32,912 nt of DNA. It comes from an uncultured Clostridia bacterium. Lineage in GTDB: Bacteria > Bacillota > Clostridia > UMGS1883. This document shows, in pieces, positions 7,934 through 17,257 of the stretch. The notes under the pieces are model-generated. The model did not search any database. It saw only the letters and a program-made list of their open reading frames with translations, and was not told the DNA's origin. Each line of letters opens with the position of its first letter. Position 1 is the first letter of the stretch. The translations under genes were made by a program, and so were the position numbers. The stretch is taken from assembly GCA_947624455.1 (NCBI GenBank), contig CANQKL010000003.1:1-32912 (forward strand), given 5' to 3'.

Positions 7934-10831
7934 ATGCTTAAAATCGGCGTTGACGTCGGCAGCACAACTCTCAAGTGCGTTGTGCTGGACGAGAGCGACA
8001 GAATAGTTTACAAGGAGTATAACCGCCACTACAGCATGATAGTTGAAAAGACCGCAGAGCTGTTGGAGCGGGTGCGCGATATGTTCCCGGGAGACAGGGA
8101 AATGGGGCTGGCTGTTTCGGGCAGCGCGGGCATGGGAATGGCCGAGCGCGTCGGCCTCTCCTTCGTGCAGGAGGTCTATGCCACCCGCATTGCGGTAAAG
8201 AGGGCTGTGCCGGAGGCCGACGCCGTCATCGAGCTTGGGGGCGAGGACGCCAAGATCCTTTTCCTCAAGGGCGGGCTGGAGGTTCGCATGAACGGCAGCT
8301 GCGCCGGGGGAACAGGGGCCTTTATAGACCAGATGGCCACCCTTCTCGCCCTAAGTCCCTCAGACATGAACGAATACGCCAAAAAATACGAAAAAATATA
8401 CACTATTGCCTCTCGCTGCGGAGTTTTCGCCAAGAGCGACGTTCAGCCTCTGCTTAACCAGGGGGCAAAAAAGGAGGATATCTCCGCCAGTATTTTTGCC
8501 GCCGTGGTCAATCAGACCATCGCCGGTCTGGCCCAAGGGCGGGAAATCGGAGGCACGGTGGTATATCTGGGCGGGCCGCTGACCTTCATGGATCAGCTGA
8601 GAGCCGCCTTTGACAGGCAGCTTGGGCTTGAGGGGATCTGCCCCGAGAACTCCCTGTATTTTGTGGCGATGGGCGCGGCCCTGTCGCCTACGGTCAAGGC
8701 CGTCGATCTGGCCGCGACCGTAGAAAACGTGAAAAAACACTCCTCCACCGGAGAATATCGCAGCTGTCCGCCGCTGTTTAGGGACGAGGCTGAGTACGAG
8801 GTCTTTCGCGCCCGCCATGGCGCGGCGGCAATTCCGATGACCGACAATCCCGACCCCAAGGAGGCGTACCTTGGTGTGGACGCGGGCAGCACCACGCTCA
8901 AGGCCGTGGTGCTGGACGAAAACGGGGACATAATCCACGCCGACTATATGCCAAACAGCGGAAACCCCATTCCGCTGCTCAGGGACTTTCTGATGAAATT
9001 TCACGAGAAATACCCGAGGGTAAAGATAAGGGCCTCCGCCTCCACCGGTTATGGTGAGGAGATAACCAAAAACGCCTTTGGCTTTGACATGGGGCTTGTG
9101 GAGACTATGGCTCATTTTACCGCCGCGAAAAAGTTTGACCCCGATGTGGACTTCATCATCGACATCGGCGGCCAGGACATAAAATGCTTTAAGATACGGG
9201 GCGGAGCCATCGACAATATCTTCCTCAACGAAGCCTGCTCCTCGGGCTGCGGCTCATTTTTGCAGACCTTTGCGGGAGCTTTGGGCTACAGCATAAGCGA
9301 ATTTGCCCAAAAGGGGATCATGGCGGATAAGCCGGTGGACTTGGGTTCCCGCTGTACGGTGTTTATGAATTCCTCGGTCAAGCAGGCTCAAAAGGATGGG
9401 GCCGGCATAGAGAATATCTCCGCCGGACTCAGCATCAGCGTGGTCAAAAACGCCATATACAAGGTCATACGCGCCGTCAACGCGGACAGCCTTGGCAAAA
9501 ACATCGTGGTTCAGGGAGGCACCTTCCTGAACGACGCTGTGCTGCGGGCCTTTGAAATGGAGCTGGGCAGAGAGGTTGTCCGGCCAAACATCGCCGGTCT
9601 TATGGGCGCTTACGGGGCGGCCCTTTACGCGAAGGCCAACGCGCCCGAGACTTCGACGACCATCACTCCCGAGGGCCTCTGGGACTTTAAGCACGAGATC
9701 AGTTCGGTTACCTGCAACGGCTGTACGAACCACTGCCGTCTGACCGTAAACAGCTTTGGCGGCGGACGGCGGTTCATCGCCGGCAACCGCTGCGAAAAGC
9801 CCTTGAAAACTAAGAACAGTGGGGAAAAGCTTGATCTCTTTGAGTACAACCGCTCGCTCCTCGCGGCCTATGGGCCGAAGGACGGATCAAGGGGAACTAT
9901 AGGCATACCCATGGGTCTCAATATGTGGGAGCTGTACCCATTTTGGCACACATTTTTCACCAATCTGGGCTTTAAGGTCGTCCCGTCGCCCTCCAGCGAC
10001 AGGAGCCTGTACCTGTCCGGTCAGCACACTATCCCCTCGGATACGGTGTGCTTCCCGGCAAAGCTGGTACACGGCCACATCGACGCTCTTTTGAATATGG
10101 GAGTGGACGCTATATTTTACCCCTGTATGTCATATAATTTTGATGAGGGACTGTCCAGCAATCACTACAACTGTCCCGTGGTGGCCTACTATCCCGAGGT
10201 CATTCGGGCCAACGTCACCAATATGGGCAAAACCAGGTTCATCTATGACTATGTCGGCCTTCACCGGCCCAGAGATTTCGTAAAGTCCGTACATAAGATA
10301 CTTCTCCGGGAGTTCGGGGACTTTAGCCTTAAAGAGGTGCGCCGGGCTGCGGACGCGGCCTACGCCGAGTACCGCGCCCACATGGGCCGCATCGCCGCCA
10401 AGGGGCAAGAGTTTTTGAAACTGGCACGGGAGCGGAAGATGCCCGTAATAGTTCTCTGCGGCCGACCCTATCACCTTGACCCGGAGGTCAGTCACGGCAT
10501 CGACAAGCTTATATGCGACCTTGGGGCCGCCGTCATAACCGAGGACAGCGTCAGCCCCCTTGTGGAACCCTTTGAAACTCACGTCCTTAACCAGTGGACC
10601 TACCACGCCAGGCTTTACGCCGCCGCCAAGTGGGCGGCGGAGCAGGGCAACGATGTGAACGTGGTACAGCTTGTGTCCTTTGGCTGCGGAGTTGACGCCA
10701 TAACCGGCGACGAGGTTCGCCGCATCACCGAGGAAAAAGGCAAGATATACACCCAGATAAAGATCGACGAGATAACCAACCTCGGCACGGTCAAGATACG
10801 GCTGAGGAGCCTGTTCGCCGCCCTGCGGTGA
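7934..10831 (+). CDS. 2-hydroxyacyl-CoA dehydratase activator-like protein (two BadF/BcrA-type ASKHA ATPase domains plus DUF2229-like region)
   Basis: Twice-repeated G(V)DxGSTTxK and (E/D)xGG(E/Q)DxK motifs; Fe-S cysteines CAGGTG/SRCGVF and CSSGCG/SRCTVF; CNGCTNHC; TVCFPAK. Confidence 0.9.
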   Translation: MLKIGVDVGSTTLKCVVLDESDRIVYKEYNRHYSMIVEKTAELLERVRDMFPGDREMGLAVSGSAGMGMAERVGLSFVQEVYATRIAVKRAVPEADAVIELGGEDAKILFLKGGLEVRMNGSCAGGTGAFIDQMATLLALSPSDMNEYAKKYEKIYTIASRCGVFAKSDVQPLLNQGAKKEDISASIFAAVVNQTIAGLAQGREIGGTVVYLGGPLTFMDQLRAAFDRQLGLEGICPENSLYFVAMGAALSPTVKAVDLAATVENVKKHSSTGEYRSCPPLFRDEAEYEVFRARHGAAAIPMTDNPDPKEAYLGVDAGSTTLKAVVLDENGDIIHADYMPNSGNPIPLLRDFLMKFHEKYPRVKIRASASTGYGEEITKNAFGFDMGLVETMAHFTAAKKFDPDVDFIIDIGGQDIKCFKIRGGAIDNIFLNEACSSGCGSFLQTFAGALGYSISEFAQKGIMADKPVDLGSRCTVFMNSSVKQAQKDGAGIENISAGLSISVVKNAIYKVIRAVNADSLGKNIVVQGGTFLNDAVLRAFEMELGREVVRPNIAGLMGAYGAALYAKANAPETSTTITPEGLWDFKHEISSVTCNGCTNHCRLTVNSFGGGRRFIAGNRCEKPLKTKNSGEKLDLFEYNRSLLAAYGPKDGSRGTIGIPMGLNMWELYPFWHTFFTNLGFKVVPSPSSDRSLYLSGQHTIPSDTVCFPAKLVHGHIDALLNMGVDAIFYPCMSYNFDEGLSSNHYNCPVVAYYPEVIRANVTNMGKTRFIYDYVGLHRPRDFVKSVHKILLREFGDFSLKEVRRAADAAYAEYRAHMGRIAAKGQEFLKLARERKMPVIVLCGRPYHLDPEVSHGIDKLICDLGAAVITEDSVSPLVEPFETHVLNQWTYHARLYAAAKWAAEQGNDVNVVQLVSFGCGVDAITGDEVRRITEEKGKIYTQIKIDEITNLGTVKIRLRSLFAALR

Positions 10832-10967
10832 CAGGGGCAACGGGAAATGCGGCGGCTTTGAGACGGGCCGCCCTGAGCCGGATAGTGACTTGGCTTGAAA
10901 ATATTTTCCAGTACTTCATTTCCCGTCCCAATTTCCAACTCTCGAAAGTTCCTTACAGGAGGCGCCT

Positions 10968-12287
10968 ATGGAAAGAACCCTGTTCACGAAAGAAATGAAG
11001 GATGCGGGCTACACCATCCTCATTCCCGATATGTGTCACATACACTTTAAGATAATAAAAGAGATAATGCACAACTACGGCTATAACGCCGAAATACTGT
11101 ATAACACAGGCCAGGGCGTGGTGGACGAGGGATTGAAGCACGTCCACAACGACACCTGTTATCCGGCGCTTCTGGTGATCGGTCAAATGATAGACGCTTT
11201 AAAGAGCGGCAAATACGACATTCACAAGGTGGCGCTGCTCCTGCCTCAGACCGGCGGGGGCTGCCGGGCTTCCAACTACATATCTCTGCTGCGTAAGGCT
11301 CTCACGGCCATGGATTGGGGCTTCATTCCCATTATATCCCTTAATTTCAGCGGACTGGAAAAGTCGCCGGGCTTTAAGCTCACCGTCCCCTTTATCCGCC
11401 AGCTTCTGGCGGCGGTGGTCTACGGCGATCTGCTGATGCTGCTGGACAATCAGGTCAAGCCTTATGAAATAAACCGGGGCGACAGCGCCGCCTGCGTGGA
11501 AATGTGGGTGGAAAGGCTGGGCCGCACCTTCCGGGAAAATAAGGGCTTGTCCGCCAGGGAACGCCGGGCCGCCCTCAAGGCCATCGTGGACAGCTTCGCC
11601 CGTATACCCATGAAGAAAGAAAAGAAAATTAAGGTCGGCATAGTGGGAGAAATATACGTAAAATACGCGCCTCTTGGAAATAATAATCTGGAAGACTTCC
11701 TTTATGAGCAGGGCTGCGAGGTAATGCTGGGCGGGCTTATCGACTTTGCCCTCTATTGTACGGACACGCCCATCGACACAATAAATATTTACGGCGGCAA
11801 CGCCCTTCTCAAGGACGGCTACCGTCTGGCGGAAAGCTATCTTTCGTCTTTGAAGGACGAGATGATAGAGGCGGTGAAGCAAAACAGCGATTTTACCCCG
11901 CCTTCCTCCTTCAAACACCTTAAGAGCAAGGCCGACGGCGTGATAGGCACCGGCTGCAAAATGGGGGAGGGCTGGCTCCTGACGGCGGAAATAATGGAGC
12001 TGGTGGAGCTGGGCTATTCTAACGTCATCTGCGCCCAGCCCTTCGGCTGCCTGCCCAATCACATTGTGGGCAAGGGCATGATCCACAAGATAAAGGGCAT
12101 CGCTCCCAGCGCCAACATCGTACCCATAGACTATGACCCAGGCGCCACAAGGGTAAATCAGGAAAACCGCATTAAGCTGATGCTGGCCGTTGCCCAGGAG
12201 GAGCTGGACGGCGACGGCGGCGACAAAATTTATGATGAAAGCAAATCGGGGATCGGCAGCGAGAAGTTAGTAATGAGTAACGAGTAA
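10968..12287 (+). CDS. 2-hydroxyacyl-CoA dehydratase (HGD-D-like) component
   Basis: NDTCYPA, QTGGGCRASNY, VGIVGEIY, GEGW and QPFGCLPNH motifs; AGGAGG RBS. Confidence 0.85.
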   Translation: MERTLFTKEMKDAGYTILIPDMCHIHFKIIKEIMHNYGYNAEILYNTGQGVVDEGLKHVHNDTCYPALLVIGQMIDALKSGKYDIHKVALLLPQTGGGCRASNYISLLRKALTAMDWGFIPIISLNFSGLEKSPGFKLTVPFIRQLLAAVVYGDLLMLLDNQVKPYEINRGDSAACVEMWVERLGRTFRENKGLSARERRAALKAIVDSFARIPMKKEKKIKVGIVGEIYVKYAPLGNNNLEDFLYEQGCEVMLGGLIDFALYCTDTPIDTINIYGGNALLKDGYRLAESYLSSLKDEMIEAVKQNSDFTPPSSFKHLKSKADGVIGTGCKMGEGWLLTAEIMELVELGYSNVICAQPFGCLPNHIVGKGMIHKIKGIAPSANIVPIDYDPGATRVNQENRIKLMLAVAQEELDGDGGDKIYDESKSGIGSEKLVMSNE

Positions 12288-12459
12288 TAAATTTCAGCGC
12301 GGACTTGTTCTTGTTACGACGCCCTTGGATTTGATGGGGCCGTTTCGGCGTCAAAACGGTACTCTTTTAAAGAAAATTATCGCGCCAATAACGCCGCAAG
12401 GGCGTTTATACAGTTCTGGAGCTGTGAAAAAAGCTTCAGCGACAGGGAGGAATACGAAA

Positions 12460-13143
12460 ATGGAAAAAACGATACTCATTGTTGACGACGAGGCTCCTAT
12501 CGTGGATATGCTAAAGTTCAATCTGGCCAAGGCGGGCTACAAGACTATGGCCGCCTATGACGGACGGACGGGGCTTGAACTGGCCACAACGAAGAAGCCG
12601 GATCTGATATTGCTTGACGTTATGCTGCCCAAGATGGACGGCTTTGAGGTCTGCCGCAAAATTAGAGAGGCGGACAGGGACGTACCCATTCTCATGCTCA
12701 CCGCCAGGGAGGAGGAGATAGATAAGGTCTTTGGCCTGGAATCCGGAGCCGACGACTATATCACAAAGCCCTTCTCCATACGCGAATTGATGGCCCGGGT
12801 AAAGGCCAACCTCCGCCGCGGGGCCGAACCCTCCGACGCGAGGATAATAAGCATAGATTCCCTTGAAATAAACACCGGACTGTACGAGGTGAAAAAGAAC
12901 GGCGTTCCTGTGGAACTCACGCTTCGTGAATTTGAGCTGCTCAAATTCCTGGCCAGTCAGCCGGGACGCATTTTTTCCCGCGAAATGCTGCTGGAAAAGG
13001 TCTGGGGATACGAGTATTTTGGAGATGTGCGGACAGTGGACGTGACTGTGCGCCGTCTCCGCGAAAAGGTGGAGGACAATCCCGCCGCGCCTGAGCGCAT
13101 AATGACCAAGCGCGGAGTGGGGTACTACTATAACAAGGATTAA
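12460..13143 (+). CDS. walR: OmpR-family response regulator, WalR/YycF-like
   Basis: ATG 12460 after GGGAGG; ILIVDDE, DLILLDVMLP, GADDYITKPF and the WalR-like VWGYEYFGDVRTVDVTVRRLREKVED; context with kinase, yycH and yycI. Confidence 0.82.
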   Translation: MEKTILIVDDEAPIVDMLKFNLAKAGYKTMAAYDGRTGLELATTKKPDLILLDVMLPKMDGFEVCRKIREADRDVPILMLTAREEEIDKVFGLESGADDYITKPFSIRELMARVKANLRRGAEPSDARIISIDSLEINTGLYEVKKNGVPVELTLREFELLKFLASQPGRIFSREMLLEKVWGYEYFGDVRTVDVTVRRLREKVEDNPAAPERIMTKRGVGYYYNKD

Positions 13144-13177
13144 ATAGCAAAGATTAAAGCACAGGGCGGCGCGGAAG

Positions 13178-14956
13178 ATGTTCAAAAGTATCCAATGGAA
13201 AATAATAGCGATATTTCTCCTGCTTACCATTTCGGTCATGATAGTGGTAGGCACATTTCTCCTGCAAAATATTTCCACCTATTATTTGGAGGACTTTCGC
13301 ACTACCATGTCCGAGCAGGTGTTCAGCAGCCGTATGATAAACGACCTTACCGTGGCCGCCGGCAGGGAGGAGCCGGTGGCTGAGATGAAGTCGATTTTGG
13401 ACGTGTTCTCCCTGAGAATGGGGATCGACTCCTACCGTAACTACTACATTCTGGACGGCAAAAACTGCCGCGTCCTTGACCGCAGCGACCCCCAGGGAGG
13501 GGCCTTCTCCACCACGCCCAATATCGTCACCGCCATGGCGGGCATGACCGGCGACAATATCGACCGAGATACGGAATATATGGACTACGCGGTACCCATC
13601 ATGCCCGACGGACAGGTGGAGTACATAATCAGCGTTCGGGACACTAAGGAGGAGGTCTACGAGGTCACACGCAATATCTTTGTCAACATTCTCTGGGCCA
13701 TACTGTTCGGCCTGCTCATCAGCCTTGTGCTAGGCTTTGTGCTTTCTCGGACCATAATTGCACCTATCCTGACCCTTCAGTATAGGGCCGAGGCCATGGC
13801 CGAGGGCGATTTCAACCACAGGATAGAGGTTCAGTCCAGGGACGAGATAGGCCGCCTGACGATGGCGTTCAACACTATGGCCGCCCAGATCGAAACCAAT
13901 ATGGAGGACATAGCCGCCGAAAAAAATAAGGTGGAGACCGTGCTGCTGCACATGACCGACGCTATAATCGCCTTTGAGAGCAGCACTGGCAGGGTAATTC
14001 ACGAAAATCCCGCCTGCGTCAACGTTTTGGGCGACTGTGCCGACAGAACCTTTGACGAAATATTTGACGGCCAGCTGCGGCTTGACGTAAACATGAGCCG
14101 GGTCCTCAACCTGGAGGAGGGCCAGTCTATGGAGTTCGACGCGGAGATAGAGGGCAAAAACTACCGAGTTTGTTTTGTACCCTTTAACGCTGAGAATGTG
14201 TTCTCCTCGGGAGTGGTCGTGGTGTTCAGGGACGTGACCCGACAGTTGAAGCTGGAACGGTCCCGACGGGAATTTGTCGCCAACGTGTCCCACGAGCTGC
14301 GCACGCCCCTTACCACTGTTAAGGGCTATGCCGAGACTATAATTGATATGGAGGAGGACGAGGGCCGCGGCGACGGCCCTACGGCTGGCTTTGCCAAGGT
14401 CATCGACAACGAGGCGGATCGCATGACGCGCCTGGTCAAGGACCTTTTAACACTGTCCCAGCTGGACAGCGAAAAGCAGCAGCTCAACTGCACCTCCTTC
14501 GACCTTATGGAGCTGACCGAAAGCGTCACCCAAAAGTTGACGATGAACGCCCGATCTCACGGCCATACCCTCAGCTTTATCCCTCGTAGCGCCCCCTTCT
14601 CCTTCTTCGGGGACAGGGACAGGATAGAGCAGGTCATCACCAACATCGTTTCAAACGCCGTCAAGTACACTCCCGACGGCGGCAAGATAGATGTGGAATG
14701 TGGCAACGACGGACAAAACGCGCTCATACCCCGGGAGGATCTGCCCCACATTTTCGAGCGTTTTTATCGGGTGGACAAGGCCCGCAGCCGTCAGAGCGGC
14801 GGTACAGGGCTGGGGTTAGCCATTGCCCGGGAGATAGCTCAGCGTCACGGGGGCGACATATCCATAGAAAGCCATATGCCCGAGGGAACTCAGGTGTCCA
14901 TAGTCCTGCCCATGTACCGGGAAAACCCCGAGGCGGAGAGGCCGATAGTGGTCTGA
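13178..14956 (+). CDS. walK: Membrane sensor histidine kinase, WalK/YycG-like; G1 box absent
   Basis: Two TM segments, HAMP (SRDEIGRLTMAFNTMA), PAS, H box FVANVSHELRTPLT, N box NIVSNAVKYT, F box IFERFYRVD, G2 GGTGLGLAI; no DxGxG between N and F boxes. Confidence 0.85.
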   Translation: MFKSIQWKIIAIFLLLTISVMIVVGTFLLQNISTYYLEDFRTTMSEQVFSSRMINDLTVAAGREEPVAEMKSILDVFSLRMGIDSYRNYYILDGKNCRVLDRSDPQGGAFSTTPNIVTAMAGMTGDNIDRDTEYMDYAVPIMPDGQVEYIISVRDTKEEVYEVTRNIFVNILWAILFGLLISLVLGFVLSRTIIAPILTLQYRAEAMAEGDFNHRIEVQSRDEIGRLTMAFNTMAAQIETNMEDIAAEKNKVETVLLHMTDAIIAFESSTGRVIHENPACVNVLGDCADRTFDEIFDGQLRLDVNMSRVLNLEEGQSMEFDAEIEGKNYRVCFVPFNAENVFSSGVVVVFRDVTRQLKLERSRREFVANVSHELRTPLTTVKGYAETIIDMEEDEGRGDGPTAGFAKVIDNEADRMTRLVKDLLTLSQLDSEKQQLNCTSFDLMELTESVTQKLTMNARSHGHTLSFIPRSAPFSFFGDRDRIEQVITNIVSNAVKYTPDGGKIDVECGNDGQNALIPREDLPHIFERFYRVDKARSRQSGGTGLGLAIAREIAQRHGGDISIESHMPEGTQVSIVLPMYRENPEAERPIVV

Positions 14957-15063
14957 TAGCGGCTGGGATGGGCAGAGGTGGCCAGAAACTCCCAATTTGC
15001 GGTAAAAATCCCCTCCCAGGCAGGAACCCCTCGCATGGTAAAATATGGTAAAAGTCCGACGAC

Positions 15064-15118
15064 TGTAAACAACAATTAACGTGGATGTAATTGTTTTGTA
15101 ACATAACTGGTGTATAAT
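15064..15118 (+). promoter_or_regulatory. WalR box array and -10 element for the gene at 15157
   Basis: TGTAAT-TGTTT-TGTAAC (15086-15102), further in-register half-sites TGTAAA (15064) and degenerate ATTAAC (15075); TATAAT at 15113-15118 without a good -35. Confidence 0.7.
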
Positions 15119-15156
15119 TAGCATAGGTAAAAAAGATTAGAACGGATGTGTGTGAC

Positions 15157-15627
15157 ATGAAGTATATAGGGGCGACCTTAGCCGCTATACTGGTCATGCT
15201 TTCCGGGCTGAACGTTTATGCGGCCCACCCGAACTCCATCGGGGCAGCGGAAAGCAGCACCGCTTCAGATTTAATAGTGGTCAAAAAACCGGAGACTAAC
15301 AATTCCGCTACGACTAAAACCACCTACGGCATTACCGGTACGGGTAAGAACGGCGTGAGCGTTGCCTATTACAAGTACGACGGGAGCGGTTACAGCGCTA
15401 TACTGAACAGCGATGGGGCCGCGTCTCAGACCAAAATAGGCGCGGCGGGGGTTTTTTATAAGCAGATGAGCCTCTCCGAGGGACACAATAAATTTGCGGT
15501 GAGAGCTGAGTATAAAGGCCTCAGTCAGGTGATATACCTGGATATAAACCTCCTTAAACGGGAGGTTCTGGACAACGTGAACAGCTTTACCTATGATGTG
15601 CAGTCTATCTTTACCGGATGGATTTAA
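15157..15627 (+). CDS. Secreted hypothetical protein, beta-rich, possibly Ig-like (156 aa)
   Basis: Signal peptide MKYIGATLAAILVMLSGLNVYA; GVFYKQMSLSEGHNKFAVRAE resembles Ig-like LxxGxNxIxVxA strands. Confidence 0.8.
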   Translation: MKYIGATLAAILVMLSGLNVYAAHPNSIGAAESSTASDLIVVKKPETNNSATTKTTYGITGTGKNGVSVAYYKYDGSGYSAILNSDGAASQTKIGAAGVFYKQMSLSEGHNKFAVRAEYKGLSQVIYLDINLLKREVLDNVNSFTYDVQSIFTGWI

Positions 15628-15665
15628 CGGTCAGCGTACATATTTAAATTAACAGGCACAAAGAC

Positions 15666-15687
15666 GGGGGCGGGTTACTTCGCCCCC
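15666..15687 (+). terminator. GC-rich hairpin after the inserted gene
   Basis: GGGGGCG...CGCCCCC stem; poor U-tract. Confidence 0.4.
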
Positions 15688-15814
15688 AAATTTTATAACA
15701 ACAGGCGGTCGGTAATGAGAATTAGTATAAAGGCGGAGTTTTCCTCTTGCCGCCCGATTGACGCTATTATTTGCAAATTTGAGGGCGCAATTTGCCAGAA
15801 AGGACGGTGAGACT

Positions 15815-17257
15815 GTGTTCAAGGAACGGATAAAGACCTCGATAATCATACTCCTTTTCATCAATTTAATAGCTCTCACCTGTCAGCTCTGGTTTGGGGG
15901 CGGTTTGCTCAAGGAGGAGATATCGGACTTCGCGAGGGGGCTGCCCTTGGTGGAAAAGCTCTTTCCAAAGGACGAAATATCCATTCCCAGAGATATGCTG
16001 AGCCGTCCCAGGCGAATCCTTATCAACGACGGTTCCTTGTGGATAGCCTATTACAACACGGACGTGGCCTTTTCACCCATTGAAAACCGCACCAGCCAGA
16101 TCATTCAGGCCTTTTTGCGCGGCGAGACGGCGGACAGTAAGCCGGTCTCCTTTAGGGAGTGGCAGGCCGCGCTGGAAAACGTGAGCATCTATGTTGAGCT
16201 GCCCATAGCTTACGCTACGGAAATGCTCTGCTCGGTCATGGGCGTCGACGCTCAGGCCGCGCCAGGGGATATTTCAACGATAAGGGATTTTATTATCCTG
16301 CCCTCCACCGAGGAAACGGGGGTATTTCTCCTGGTTCGGGACGCCTATGACAACGACAACGCCCGAATATACCAGTTCCCCCTGGGCAGCTTCAGCCTTC
16401 CGGCCAGCGACCTTTCCATCTACACCGAGAACAACGCCGACTACTACGAGCCAGCATTTAGCACTGGGGTGGAGCCGGAAGGGGTATCCCTGGATCCTAT
16501 GGTCTTGTTCTTTGACAGCCGGCCCTCCACCGCCGACCTCATCCCCGGCAATCCCATTGCCGACCCTGAGGCGGCGCAGAAGGTGCTGAGCGGGTTTTTC
16601 ACCAATGTGGACACCGCCGGAAGGTACGACGACGGCGGGGTGAGCGTGTTTGTCGAAAATTACGGCGACGCCCGCGTTTACCCGGGCGGACTCTTTGAAT
16701 ACAGAGCCGTGGAGGAGGACAAGGGCGTTAAAATAACCGAGAGCTATTCTTCCTACTACGAAACGGTCAACTCCGCCATCAGCTTTGCCGAGGAGCTGTG
16801 GAGCCAGGTCGGCAACGGGCCGCTCTCGGTTCTGGTCAGCAGCGACCTGACCCAGGAGAGCGGCAGGATACATCTGACCATGGACTATTATCAGGACGGA
16901 CGCCCTGTGGCTGTGGAACTGACCGGCAGAGGATTTGAACGCCTGGGCCATGGCATAGAAATGGATATAGTCGAAGGCCGCATAGTCTCCTACCGCCAGT
17001 TGTTCCGCAGTTACCAAACGGGCGGGACCTCGGTCCTCAACGGAGATTTTGTGGGGGCGCTGGATCATTTTGCCAACGATTTCTCCGCCAGGCCCCAGCC
17101 CGTGATAACCGATATATACATAGGTTATATTGATCGGGGCGGGACGGACAGTCTAAAGGCCTGCTGGCTGGCGGAGCTGTCCGGGGAGGATCGGGTATAC
17201 GACTATACCGGCGAGACTCAGGAACCCGCCGCCGAGGCTGGGGAGGTGAGCCAATGA
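15815..17257 (+). CDS. yycH: YycH (WalH)-like membrane-anchored two-component regulator
   Basis: GTG 15815 after AAGGACGGTGA; KERIKTSIIILLFINLIALTCQLWF matches the YycH-type TM anchor; large extracytoplasmic domain; overlaps next gene at ATGA. Confidence 0.7.
   Translation: MFKERIKTSIIILLFINLIALTCQLWFGGGLLKEEISDFARGLPLVEKLFPKDEISIPRDMLSRPRRILINDGSLWIAYYNTDVAFSPIENRTSQIIQAFLRGETADSKPVSFREWQAALENVSIYVELPIAYATEMLCSVMGVDAQAAPGDISTIRDFIILPSTEETGVFLLVRDAYDNDNARIYQFPLGSFSLPASDLSIYTENNADYYEPAFSTGVEPEGVSLDPMVLFFDSRPSTADLIPGNPIADPEAAQKVLSGFFTNVDTAGRYDDGGVSVFVENYGDARVYPGGLFEYRAVEEDKGVKITESYSSYYETVNSAISFAEELWSQVGNGPLSVLVSSDLTQESGRIHLTMDYYQDGRPVAVELTGRGFERLGHGIEMDIVEGRIVSYRQLFRSYQTGGTSVLNGDFVGALDHFANDFSARPQPVITDIYIGYIDRGGTDSLKACWLAELSGEDRVYDYTGETQEPAAEAGEVSQ

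Noticed and set aside
10829-10967. Selenocysteine or stop read-through fusing activator and dehydratase
   Set aside because: Downstream ORF is in a different frame and has its own AGGAGG RBS.
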